From Candidatus Poribacteria bacterium (lineage in GTDB: Bacteria; Poribacteria; WGA-4E; JAJDTR01), in NCBI GenBank assembly GCA_965232535.1, contig CBDDPW010000022.1, forward strand, positions 512,519-576,518: a stretch of DNA of 64,000 nt. The letters run 5' to 3'. Below the pieces are notes generated by a model. It made no database searches and was not told where the DNA came from. It saw only the letters and a program-made list of their open reading frames with translations. Positions 1-11,100 of this stretch are shown piece after piece. Within the stretch, counting starts at the first letter, position 1. Each line of letters starts with the position of its first letter. A program made the translations under genes and the position numbers.

Positions 1-1387
<1,387 letters not shown>

Positions 1388-1394
1388 CTAAAAT

Positions 1395-1685
1395 TTAGGT
1401 AATTTTTGCCAGAATATCGTCTTCGCGCAGAATCAGATACTCAAGGTTGTCATGAGTGGCTTCGGTACCACCGTACTTACCGAACAGCACTTTATCCCCG
1501 GCGACGACATCCACAGGTTGACGCTCGCCATTGTCAAGCAGGCGGCCCTTACCAACCGCGATAACTTCACCTTCCTGCGGCTTTTCTTTGGCGGTGTCGG
1601 GAATGATGATTCCGCCGCTAGTTTTCTGCTCATCTTCTTCAATACGCTTAACGAGAATTCTATCTCCAAGCGGTACAAGTGCCAT
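1395..1685 (-). CDS. groS: Co-chaperonin GroES
   Basis: PLGDRILV...[24 protein letters not shown] motif. Confidence 0.98.
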   Translation of the reverse strand: MALVPLGDRILVKRIEEDEQKTSGGIIIPDTAKEKPQEGEVIAVGKGRLLDNGERQPVDVVAGDKVLFGKYGGTEATHDNLEYLILREDDILAKIT

Positions 1686-1780
1686 TAGTCGTATTCCTCC
1701 TTATAGGCTTTTTACTGACACTGTAGGATTAGATTGCGTTACCCCGTTCAAAGGCGGGGTTTACGATTGGTGTGAATAGC

Positions 1781-1796
1781 AGCAAGTGTCGTGCCA
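1781..1796 (-). promoter_or_regulatory. Sigma-54 (-24/-12) promoter for groESL
   Basis: Minus strand TGGCACGACACTTGCT matches TGGCAC-N5-TTGC, about 95 bp upstream of the groES start. Confidence 0.75.
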
Positions 1797-1827
1797 TAGC
1801 CGGAAACCTGAGTCTGACGACGTATGG

Positions 1828-1903
1828 CGACATTTTGTCACCTACCTGGTGGTGCTAAAATGTCGTTATCTGCAGATATGGCCAGTTGAGTGACATTATG
1901 TCG
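1828..1903. promoter_or_regulatory. Candidate activator (bEBP) sites, GACA-N3-TGTC
   Basis: cGACAtttTGTCa at 1828-1840, tGACAttaTGTCg at 1891-1903 and a degenerate copy at 1853-1865, all upstream of the sigma-54 motif. Confidence 0.5.
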
Positions 1904-2060
1904 CTAAAGTAGTTGACTTTAGGCATACCCCGTACGCCATACAATTTTCCTATTGAGTATATCTTAGCATGCAGGTATAATTAAATCGTTTCTTGGCTGT
2001 GAGCAATGACAACCGTAATCATTAGGGATTCCATCATCCGTTTGATAAGCGAGTTATTAA

Positions 2061-2230
2061 ACCTTTGGTGCTAGTTAATTGGTACATGATTTTCAATGAC
2101 ATACTATATCTAGGTTGTTAGCAGGTCAGGTAGGCGCAACATTTGTCAACCGCGCATAATCGCACATCATCGTGTCAGTATATAGTATGTCATTTATGAT
2201 TTAAATACTACATATACTAGCACCATTGGT
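2061..2230 (-). mobile_element. 170-bp MITE, copy 1
   Basis: 15-bp imperfect TIR (ACCTTTGGTGCTAGT / ACTAGCACCATTGGT), flanked by TATTAA direct repeat; near-identical to copies at 5569 and 18744. Confidence 0.92.
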
Positions 2231-2383
2231 TATTAATCTATACTTCACGCTGCTAAAACTTGCGTGTTTTCATGCGTCTGGTAGGTAGGTGCGGTTTCCA
2301 ACCGCACCAATGCTCCGATCCGTGTAGGAGCGATCTCCAGGTCGCGACCTCCTGTTGCTGCGTAAATCCCAATTTTGTTTAGA

Positions 2384-2950
2384 ATGTCCCATACCAATTC
2401 CAATCCGATTGTCGAAAATTACAAAGGTTTGCTCCAAGAGTATTGCCATGTGAGGAATCTCGGAGATCCGTCTTACGAGGTTACCCAATTCGGGAGTCCG
2501 AATGAGCCGAGTTGGGGTGTGGAGATCAGGTACGGCGGCGCGCGGCATAGTACGCCGGAACCGCTACGCGGCTCCAAACGATTGGCGGAGCAGATTGCGG
2601 CGAGGCAGGTGCTTGAGATCTTGGAATCACGGCAGGAGGCGTTCTTGGCAGGAGAACCGCTAGAAAACAAGGAATCGGCTACAGCAGCATTCACGCACGA
2701 GGCGCAGTCCAACGCCATAGAGGAAGCAGCGCTGCCGCCCATTGATGCGCCGGTTGAACTCGTTGCAACAGCCTTAACCGTGGCAAGTCAGCGTATGGCT
2801 GGGGTTTCGCGCCGCGGGGCAAAGTACCGCGAATCCTCGGATTCAAGAAAAGACAATGAAATCTACGCTCGAAACTTGGCGGAGCTAACGGTACAAATCG
2901 TAAGAGAACTCACCGCCGCCGCCGAATCAAACAACGTCAAGATTACATAG
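2384..2950 (+). CDS. Stand-alone double-stranded RNA-binding motif (dsRBD) protein
   Basis: NYKGLLQEY...PSYEV...G...GSKRLAEQIAARQVLE is a dsRBD signature; no RNase III catalytic domain visible. Confidence 0.75.
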   Translation: MSHTNSNPIVENYKGLLQEYCHVRNLGDPSYEVTQFGSPNEPSWGVEIRYGGARHSTPEPLRGSKRLAEQIAARQVLEILESRQEAFLAGEPLENKESATAAFTHEAQSNAIEEAALPPIDAPVELVATALTVASQRMAGVSRRGAKYRESSDSRKDNEIYARNLAELTVQIVRELTAAAESNNVKIT

Positions 2951-3008
2951 AGATAGTAGGGTGCGCACTGCGCACCAGCCTTTTTGTACGTCTCACCCTC
3001 CTCTCTCC

Positions 3009-3722
3009 ATGAACAACCCGACCCACCCACCGGACCGAATCTCCAAAATAAAACATCGCCTGCGCCAGTCCCGCTTTCTTTCGATCTTTATGGGATGCCC
3101 CTATCCGGCGCCGCGCTGGTCGAAAGCCGTGAAAAAGGTCTTGGGTGAACTCGGTCCGGAGGCAAAAATCCTTGATCTGGGGTCGGGGCTTGATCGGCGC
3201 ACGCCGAACACGATTAACCTCGAAATCGAAGCAACGCCGAATGTAGATGTGCTCGGGGACGGGCATAGGCTGCCGTTCAAGGATGCGGTTTTCGACGCCG
3301 TCATCTCGGAAGCCGTGCTTGAGCACGTGCAAGATCCGAATCGTGTCGTCTCGGAAATGCATCGCGTTCTGAAACCCGGCGGGTATGTGTGCGCCGCGGT
3401 GCCGTTCCTGCAGGGGTTTCACGCCTCGCCGCACGATTACCAGCGTTACACGGTGCCAGGATTCAATCATCTGTTTTCGGCGTTTGCGCAAATTGAGAGC
3501 GGAGCGTGTGCGGGACCGACGACGTCGTTGCACTGGATCTTCCGGGAGTATGTGGGACTGCTTTTCTCGTTCGGGAATCTGTTGTTGGCGAAGCTGATTT
3601 CGCTGATTATGGGGTGGATTACATTTCCAGTGGTTTGGCTGGATTATCTTTTGATGCGGAACAGGCATGCGCATATTTTGGCGTCGGCGGTGTATTTTAT
3701 TGGCAGGAAGGGGGAGAGGTAG
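3009..3722 (+). CDS. Class I SAM-dependent methyltransferase (type 11-like)
   Basis: ILDLGSG, D-LPF-D--FD-V, VLEHV, RVLKPGG motifs; start codon uncertain. Confidence 0.88.
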   Translation: MNNPTHPPDRISKIKHRLRQSRFLSIFMGCPYPAPRWSKAVKKVLGELGPEAKILDLGSGLDRRTPNTINLEIEATPNVDVLGDGHRLPFKDAVFDAVISEAVLEHVQDPNRVVSEMHRVLKPGGYVCAAVPFLQGFHASPHDYQRYTVPGFNHLFSAFAQIESGACAGPTTSLHWIFREYVGLLFSFGNLLLAKLISLIMGWITFPVVWLDYLLMRNRHAHILASAVYFIGRKGER

Positions 3723-3888
3723 AAAGGATTGTCTGAATCGCGGATTAAGAGGATTACGCAGATTACGCGGATTAAAACCAGAGCACATTTTTGCGTCGGC
3801 GGTGTATTATGTTGGTGGGAAGGGAGAGTGGTAGAAGAGCTTGTCTGAATCGCGGATTAAACAGATTAGGCAGATTACGCGGATTAAA
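3671..3888 (+). repeat. Imperfect tandem duplication (about 112-bp period) of the methyltransferase 3' end plus TGTCTGAATCGCGGATT 9-bp-periodic repeat
   Basis: 3671-3782 aligns with 3783-3888. Confidence 0.8.
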
Positions 3889-4061
3889 TACGTGCTTTGC
3901 TCGGTGCACGGGAATAGTCCGTGGTATCCTCCGAACCGTGCAAATCCGCGATTTGGGTTTTTATACAAACACTCATGAGTTGGGTTTCACGAAGTTCAAC
4001 CCAACCTACGGACCGAGAAAGAGGGTATCTAACCTTAACCAAAACATACGGAGAATAAGAC

Positions 4062-5569
4062 ATGAACGGGCAAAAAAAGAAAATCGAAGATGCGCTGCAC
4101 CAATTCGCCGACGGTGACCTCGCCGACAACGCGAAACACCTTCTCAATGTCCTCGGCACGAAAGCGGACGAACCATGCGTCTTAGACCGAACGCCGCCGA
4201 GAGATTTCTTGAAGTTTTCAATCAAGATCCAGAGCGTCGCATGAACCCGGATAGGGCTCTGACGAAAAAATGGAAATCTATTGACCTTCTGTTTCAGTTG
4301 ACGGAGGAGGAAATCAGTAACAATCCCAATCTTGAGATTGACTTCGGAGGCGGCGGCATTGACAAGACGCGCATGGAATCCTACCTCTTTTTCGCCATCA
4401 AGCTAAGCGGTGGCCATTACACGCGGACACAACTGTCCCAGATTACGCGCGAAATCAACAAACCGTTCGACATGCCGGCAATGATTCTCTTTCAACACGG
4501 TGAGGCGCTCACCTTTGCTGTGATTGACCGCCGTCTCAACAAGCGCGACGAATCCAAAGATGTCCTCCTGAAGGCAACGCTCATCAAAGACATCAACGCC
4601 GCCGATCCCCACCCCGCCCACATTCTAATACTGTTCGACCTCTCAATTGCCAAGCTGCACGAGAAATACAGGTTCAGAAACTTTGAGCAACTTCATGAGG
4701 CATGGAAGAAGACGCTGGACACATCGGAACTCAACAAACGATTTTACGAAGAAATTGCTAACTGGTATTTCTGGGCTGTCAATGAGGTGACGTTCCCGGA
4801 CGGTGCCGAGAAGAACAAGGAAATTCGCAACGCGACCAGCGTTATACGGCTAATAACACGCCTGATTTTCGTCTGGTTCATCAAGGAAAAGGGGTTGGTA
4901 CCCGATGCTCTATTCAATGAAACGAAGATTCAAGAGCTTCTTGTCAACACCGACCTACGGGAGTGCACCTACTACAAGGCAATTCTTCAGAACCTGTTCT
5001 TCGCCACGCTGAATCAGGAAATGAACACGAAGAAAATGAACACGCCAACAAAATCCGATAACCGCAAATTCAGAAATCGGGCTAAGCACTCCAATGGACG
5101 TGATCAAAACTACATGGTGCATTCCTTGTATCGGTATGAGAAATTCTTCAGCGACAAGGATGAAGCTCTCGCTTTGTTTGACAAAATACCTTTTCTTAAC
5201 GGTGGTCTTTTCGAGTGTCTTGACAAATTTCTAGAAAACGAACACGAAAACGGAGGTACGAAGGAAATCCGGATTGACGGCTTTTCCGACAATAAAAAGA
5301 ACAAATTGGACGTGCCCAATCTTCTGTTTTTCTCTGACAAGAAAATCATTGACCTCAACGCTGCCTACGGCACAAGGAACAAGCAATATGAGGTACGCGG
5401 GCTAATTCACATTCTTGACAGTTACAAGTTCACCGTCACCGAAAACACTCCGATAGAGGAGGAAGTGGCGCTTGACCCGGAACTATTGGGAAGAGTGTTT
5501 GAAAACCTTCTCGCCGCTTACAATCCAGAAACCGGTGCGACTGCCCGCAAGTTGACCGGCTCCTATTAA
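4062..5569 (+). pseudogene. N-terminal half of an Eco57I/type IIG-like DNA methyltransferase gene; frameshifted near 4158 and truncated by a MITE
   Basis: ORF 4062 (MNGQ...NVLG) continues as YESGRTMRLRP if one T is restored; motifs RLITRLIF, IPFLNGGLF, LDPELLGRVFENLL, ending at TGSY at the MITE. Confidence 0.8.
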
Positions 5570-5738
5570 CCAATGGTGCTAGTATATGTAGTATTTAAAT
5601 CATAAATGACATACTATATACTGACACGATGATGTGCGATTATGCGCGGTTGACAAATGTTGCGCCTACCTGATCTGCTAACAACCTAGATATAGTATGT
5701 CATTGAAAATCATGTACCAATTAACTAGCACCAAAGGT
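5569..5738 (+). mobile_element. 170-bp MITE, copy 2 (inside the methyltransferase gene)
   Basis: TATTA target duplication; removing element plus one duplication restores TCC TAT TAC ACG CCG (GSYYTP). Confidence 0.95.
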
Positions 5739-8084
5739 TATTACACGCCGCGCGAGATTGTCAACTACATGACCGATGAATCGCTGATTGCGTACCTGAA
5801 GAATGAATTCATCGCCTATCGTGAATCCGAAAGTGCATTCGCTCCCGCTACGCCGCCCTCACAGATAGATTTCAGCGGACAGACAGAACCCATACAGACT
5901 CAGCTTGATATGGGTACGGTAGTCCTATCCAATGAACAAAAAGAGGCGATAGAGAGCGATCTCCGCGCGCTGATTTCGTACAAAGGTCAGCCGCGCAAAT
6001 TCACTACAGGCGAAACGCAAACCCTGATAAAAGCCATTGACGGGCTAAAGGTTCTCGACCCGGCGTGCGGTTCGGGCGCATTTCCGATGGGCGTACTGCA
6101 AAAACTGGTGTTCGTTCTGGGAAGGCTAGACCCGCGCAACGAGGAGTGGAGACAGCGGCAGATTGACAAAGTTCGACACACCATTAAAACTGCCGAAGAG
6201 ATTGAAGATAGCACGGTACGTGAAAATACTATCCGTGATCTTGAACGCGAAATTGACAACATCAACGACGCCTTCGAGCGGAATGAACTCGACTACGGAC
6301 GCAAACTCTACCTAATTGAAAACTGCATCTACGGCGTGGACATCCAACCCATCGCCGTCCAAATCTCTAAACTCCGCTTCTTCATCTCGCTCGTCGTCGA
6401 TCAGAAGATTGATAGAGAGCGCGAAAATCTCGGCGTGCGTCCCCTGCCCAATTTGGAAACAAAGTTTGTGGCGTCGGACGCCCTAATTGATGTGGAAAAG
6501 CCTACCCAAATCGAGATTCGCAACCCGCACGTTGTGCGTAAAGAGAAGGAATTATCGGAGGTGCGTCGGAAACACTTTACCGCTCGGACGCCCCCAACGA
6601 AGAAAAAGTATCGAGATTTGGACACCGCTCTCCGCTCCGAACTCAGCGAGTTGCTCAAACGCGACGGTTTCCCCGATGACACGACCGAAAAAATCGCATA
6701 TTGGGATCCTTACGACCAGAATACATGCACAGATTGGTTTGATCCGGAATGGATGTTCAATACTAAGAACGGGTTTGATGTAGTGATTGGTAACCCCCCT
6801 TATGTTCAATTACAAAAAAACGGCAGTAAATTAGGGCGTTTGTATGAACCGTGCAATTTTGACAGTTTCACGAAGACAGGGGATATTTACTGTCTGTTCT
6901 ATGAGAAAGCGAATCAGTTGTCAAGAGACGGTGGACATGTCTGTTTTATCACATCCAACAAATGGCTGCTCACCGCATATGGGAAAGCGTTGCGAGATTA
7001 CCTTGTAAGACAAACCCAACCTGTTCAACTACTGGACATGGGACCGGGTGTGTTTGACGCGACTGTGGATACCAACATCCTACTGTTTCAAAACACGGCG
7101 CGCGATCTTCGCGCGACGCTCAGAGCAACAACCATCCGAGCCGACTTTGACGCACATACTGATAACATCGCCCAATATATGGGCAATAACGGTGTGGCGA
7201 TGGAACTACCCCCCAAAGGCAAGCCGTGGACAATCTGCTCTCCAGCTGGACTTGCCCTGAGATACAAGATAGAAGACGTTGGCATACCACTGAAAAAGTG
7301 GGATGCAAAAATCTACTACGGAATAAAAACAGGCTGCAACGAAGCGTTTTTCATAGACGAAGTCAAGCGAGAAGAATTGGTGAAGCAAGACCCGAAATCA
7401 GTCGAAATCATCAAACCACTTCTGCGTGGGCGCGACCTTAAACGCTACCATGTCCATCGGTCACAGTTGTATATGCTAGCAACCGGTTACGATTTAGACA
7501 TTCCAACTAAGTATCCCGCCGTCTACAATCATCTCCAAACATTGGGAAGCCAAATAGAATTGGGGAAGATGAAGGTAAGAGGCAAAGGGCTATTCAATAG
7601 AGATGATCAGGGAGAGAATTGGTGGAACCTCAGAGCTTGTGCATACTATTCCGCGTTTGAAAAAGAGAAGATTATTTATCCCAACATGACTAAGTTTCTA
7701 CCATTCGTTTACGACGTGAGGGGGTTTTATACTAATGATAAGAGTTTTATCATTACAAGCGGAAACTATCTGAAATATCTTACAGGCTATTTTAACTCAA
7801 GAATCGCAGCAAGATGGGTTCGCGAAAACTGCCCGGAATTACAAGGTGGGACGAGAGAATTGAGAAAAGTATTTTTTGAGAATATCCCCATTCCCCGTGT
7901 CACAGAAGCGAACCAACATCTTGTCGCGACGATTGAAGAGCGAGTTGACGGAATTCTCGCCGCTAAACGTACAAATCCAGATGAGGACACAACCGCGCTT
8001 GAAAAAGAGATTGATGAGATAGTATACTCATTGTACGATTTATCGCCTGAAGAAATTGCGATTGTGGAAGAAGCGGTGGATTGA
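5697..8084 (+). CDS. C-terminal half of N6-adenine DNA methyltransferase with target-recognition domain
   Basis: YYTP, VLDPACGSGAF (motif I), IYGVDI, FDVVIGNPPY (motif IV), TaqI-C-like tail; ATG lies inside the MITE. Confidence 0.88.
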   Translation: MSLKIMYQLTSTKGYYTPREIVNYMTDESLIAYLKNEFIAYRESESAFAPATPPSQIDFSGQTEPIQTQLDMGTVVLSNEQKEAIESDLRALISYKGQPRKFTTGETQTLIKAIDGLKVLDPACGSGAFPMGVLQKLVFVLGRLDPRNEEWRQRQIDKVRHTIKTAEEIEDSTVRENTIRDLEREIDNINDAFERNELDYGRKLYLIENCIYGVDIQPIAVQISKLRFFISLVVDQKIDRERENLGVRPLPNLETKFVASDALIDVEKPTQIEIRNPHVVRKEKELSEVRRKHFTARTPPTKKKYRDLDTALRSELSELLKRDGFPDDTTEKIAYWDPYDQNTCTDWFDPEWMFNTKNGFDVVIGNPPYVQLQKNGSKLGRLYEPCNFDSFTKTGDIYCLFYEKANQLSRDGGHVCFITSNKWLLTAYGKALRDYLVRQTQPVQLLDMGPGVFDATVDTNILLFQNTARDLRATLRATTIRADFDAHTDNIAQYMGNNGVAMELPPKGKPWTICSPAGLALRYKIEDVGIPLKKWDAKIYYGIKTGCNEAFFIDEVKREELVKQDPKSVEIIKPLLRGRDLKRYHVHRSQLYMLATGYDLDIPTKYPAVYNHLQTLGSQIELGKMKVRGKGLFNRDDQGENWWNLRACAYYSAFEKEKIIYPNMTKFLPFVYDVRGFYTNDKSFIITSGNYLKYLTGYFNSRIAARWVRENCPELQGGTRELRKVFFENIPIPRVTEANQHLVATIEERVDGILAAKRTNPDEDTTALEKEIDEIVYSLYDLSPEEIAIVEEAVD

Positions 8085-8455
8085 GTAACTGGTATACTGA
8101 TGCGTGAAGAAGGGCAAATCAGATAAAGATGGCGTCACCTTCCATAATCCGTAATTTAGTCAATGGCTAAAAAGACAGGGCACGAGATTGTCTTACGAAA
8201 AGCGATAGCGATACAACGCTAAGGGGATGGAAATAAATAACCTTTCAATATACGCCAAACCGTGCTATGCCCTGCGCTATTAAACCCCCAAAACTGGTGA
8301 AATGTTATTCTTTTCCAGCCCCTAACTGTAGAATTTGCTTGAACAATCTTATCGAGCGCCTCACGTAGTGCGATAGTCAATTGTGATAACGCAGGGAAAA
8401 TCATAGGCACTTGGCAATCGTGTGGTGATACGGCACCGATTGTGGAGGTATCAGT

Positions 8456-11098
8456 ATGAATGAAAGAGAATATGCAGGGGCTAAGTGGTGGAAATTTGAT
8501 TTTCATACTCACACACCTGCCTCGGAAGACTTCAGTCAAAGCGGAGTTTCACCTGAATCTTGGTTGAAAGCATTCATGGATGAGGGAATTGATTGTGTCG
8601 CGATTACCGACCATAACAGCGGCGGCTGGATAGACCACTTGAAGAATAAGTTGCAGGAATTGGCCAGCAGCCAGTCCGATTGGTACCGACCCCTGTATCT
8701 GTTTCCGGGGGTGGAAATCTCAGCAAATGGCAACGTGCATATTTTAGCGATATTTGGACATGAGAAGCATAAGAGCGATATCGATCAGTTGCTTGGTGCG
8801 GTTAGTTATTCGGGGACAAAGGGCAAAAGCGATGCAGTAACGAACACGACCGTTACCGAGGTCGTCAATGCAGTTGCGGAACAGGGAGGTATCCCTATTC
8901 CGGCGCATGCCGACACTGCCAATGGGTTGTTTAAACTGCAAGGACTAACATTGGACAATGCGATGGATAATCCCAACCTCTACGCGATGGAGTTATGCGA
9001 CACCGATTACCAAAAGCCCCAACTGTATACTGACATGAAGGTGCGGTGGACTGAAGTCCGAGGCTCCGATACGCATAACTTCAGCGACAGTGCATTTGGT
9101 ACGTTTACCTGGATTAAAATGGATAAACCTTCCATTAACGGATTGAAGCTAGCGCTGATTGATGGAACCGTCTCCGTTAATCGCAAAATGCACGCTGACC
9201 CCAACCGGCACGCGCCGCACTATCTAGAGGAACTCAAAATATGCAAAGCAAAACACATTGGCCGTACAGAGCCCCTCAATTGCAGATTTAGCCCCTTTCT
9301 TAACGCTATAATTGGTGGACGCGGAAGCGGTAAGTCCACATTGGTGGAATTCATGCGCCTAAGCCTGCAGCGCGTTGCGGAACTTCCGGAGTCACTAGAA
9401 AAAGGAACCCGTCAGTATTTTGATGTGAAGGAGGTTAACAGCTTACTGATTGAGAACAGCACGATTTCGCTAATCTATCGCAAAGGTGAGGTGCGGTACC
9501 GGTTGAAATGGTCAGCCGAAGCGGGTAGCACCTCTTTGGAGGAGGAAAAAGATGGCATTTGGAAACCTAGCCCCGGAGAAATACATTCGCTATTTCCTGT
9601 ACGAATTTATAGCCAGAGGCAAATCCTTGAACTAGCAAATGATACAGGCGCGCTGATTCAAGTTATTGATGAAGCGCCCGAAGTTGACTCTTGGACGTTT
9701 AAGACACAACACACGGATTTGGTCAACCAGTACAAACAGATTGAAGGTGAACAAAGAGAACTGAAGCATAAAATTTCCCACGAAAATCGGCTACAAGGAG
9801 AGTCAAACGACCTCGCACGGCAGATTGAGCAAATAGAAAAATCTGGGCACGAGGCTGTACTGCGAAATTTTAGTAAACGGCAGAGGCAGTTAAGCGAGAT
9901 TGACAGCTTGGAAGGAAAATGGAAAGAGATGAGTTGTCGTCTTGCTGACACGCTGCATGACATTACCCCGGCGCATTTCGATAAGCAGCATTTTGCCGAC
10001 GATACCGATATTCTTTCGGTTTTACAAAAAACAAACGAAAAATGGCAAACGATTCAAGACCAATTAGACCAATTGGTACAAGACGCTCAATTATCTATTC
10101 ACAACTGGAATACTGAAAAGAGTGCTGCAGACTGGATGCGACGCCTCAAGACAGATATGAAAAAGTACGAGTCTTTGTCCTCGGAAATGAAACAGCATAA
10201 TATTGATCCACAGCAGTACCCTTGGCTATTGACGAAACAGAAAAGTATACAGACGGAATTGAATCTCATTGCCGATTATCGTTCGCAGTGGCAAGAATTG
10301 GAACATGCGAAGAAACAAGTGTACAACCAGATAAATACAAACAGAACGAAGCTCTCGCAAAAAAGGAAAGAATTTCTAACGCGTGTTCTACGCGATAACT
10401 CTTCGGTCAGCATTGAAGTCAATCCGTTTGGCGAAGATTGGGGCGGCGAACACGGTATAGAAGAAGAGATCCGTAGAATATTACAATGCCAAGATGGCTT
10501 CGAAAAAGATATTGATGCCCTGAAAGAGGTTTATCTACGGGACGGTGGTGGAAAGGTTGAAGAACTCAAAACGGCAGTTAAAGATATTCGCGATGAAAAG
10601 CTGGCTGCCAAAGATAACCGCTTTACCCGACGTTTGCAGAACTTACCTCAAGAATCAATGATTGATTTCATCTTGTGGTTTCCCGAGGATGATTTGAAAG
10701 TTACCTTTGGCCCCAGAAATCAGCACATAGAACAGAGTTCTCCGGGACAGAAAACCGCCGCGTTGTTAGCATTTATCCTTTCCTACGGAGATGAGCCACT
10801 GTTGCTCGATCAACCTGAAGATGATTTGGATAACGAATTAATCTACAAGTTGGTTGTCAAACAGTTGCGAGGAATGAAAAGCAAAAGGCAGATTATCATC
10901 GTTACGCACAACGCCAACATAGTAGTCAACGGCGATGCGGAGATGGTTCTACCGCTTCAGGTCGGCGGTGGTGAAACCCACGTAAGGCGGGCTGCGAGCA
11001 TTCAGGAAAAAGATGTCCGGGAATCCATATGCGAAATTCTGGAAGGGGGGCGACACGCATTTGAAGAGCGCTATAAACGTATTCATTTGGGAACTTAA
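8456..11098 (+). CDS. PHP phosphoesterase plus SMC/ABC-type ATPase (TrlF/Ppl-like defence protein)
   Basis: DFHTHT, ITDHN, GVEI, SDTH; Walker A GGRGSGKST, coiled coil, SPGQ signature, LLLDQPEDDLD, VTHN. Confidence 0.88.
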   Translation: MNEREYAGAKWWKFDFHTHTPASEDFSQSGVSPESWLKAFMDEGIDCVAITDHNSGGWIDHLKNKLQELASSQSDWYRPLYLFPGVEISANGNVHILAIFGHEKHKSDIDQLLGAVSYSGTKGKSDAVTNTTVTEVVNAVAEQGGIPIPAHADTANGLFKLQGLTLDNAMDNPNLYAMELCDTDYQKPQLYTDMKVRWTEVRGSDTHNFSDSAFGTFTWIKMDKPSINGLKLALIDGTVSVNRKMHADPNRHAPHYLEELKICKAKHIGRTEPLNCRFSPFLNAIIGGRGSGKSTLVEFMRLSLQRVAELPESLEKGTRQYFDVKEVNSLLIENSTISLIYRKGEVRYRLKWSAEAGSTSLEEEKDGIWKPSPGEIHSLFPVRIYSQRQILELANDTGALIQVIDEAPEVDSWTFKTQHTDLVNQYKQIEGEQRELKHKISHENRLQGESNDLARQIEQIEKSGHEAVLRNFSKRQRQLSEIDSLEGKWKEMSCRLADTLHDITPAHFDKQHFADDTDILSVLQKTNEKWQTIQDQLDQLVQDAQLSIHNWNTEKSAADWMRRLKTDMKKYESLSSEMKQHNIDPQQYPWLLTKQKSIQTELNLIADYRSQWQELEHAKKQVYNQINTNRTKLSQKRKEFLTRVLRDNSSVSIEVNPFGEDWGGEHGIEEEIRRILQCQDGFEKDIDALKEVYLRDGGGKVEELKTAVKDIRDEKLAAKDNRFTRRLQNLPQESMIDFILWFPEDDLKVTFGPRNQHIEQSSPGQKTAALLAFILSYGDEPLLLDQPEDDLDNELIYKLVVKQLRGMKSKRQIIIVTHNANIVVNGDAEMVLPLQVGGGETHVRRAASIQEKDVRESICEILEGGRHAFEERYKRIHLGT

Positions 11099-11100
11099 CC

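Noticed and set aside
1686-2060. CIRCE/HrcA operator for groESL
   Set aside because: No TTAGCACTC-N9-GAGTGCTAA match found.
2943-3788. 281-aa minus-strand ORF
   Set aside because: Antisense to a clear methyltransferase and starts within repeat DNA.
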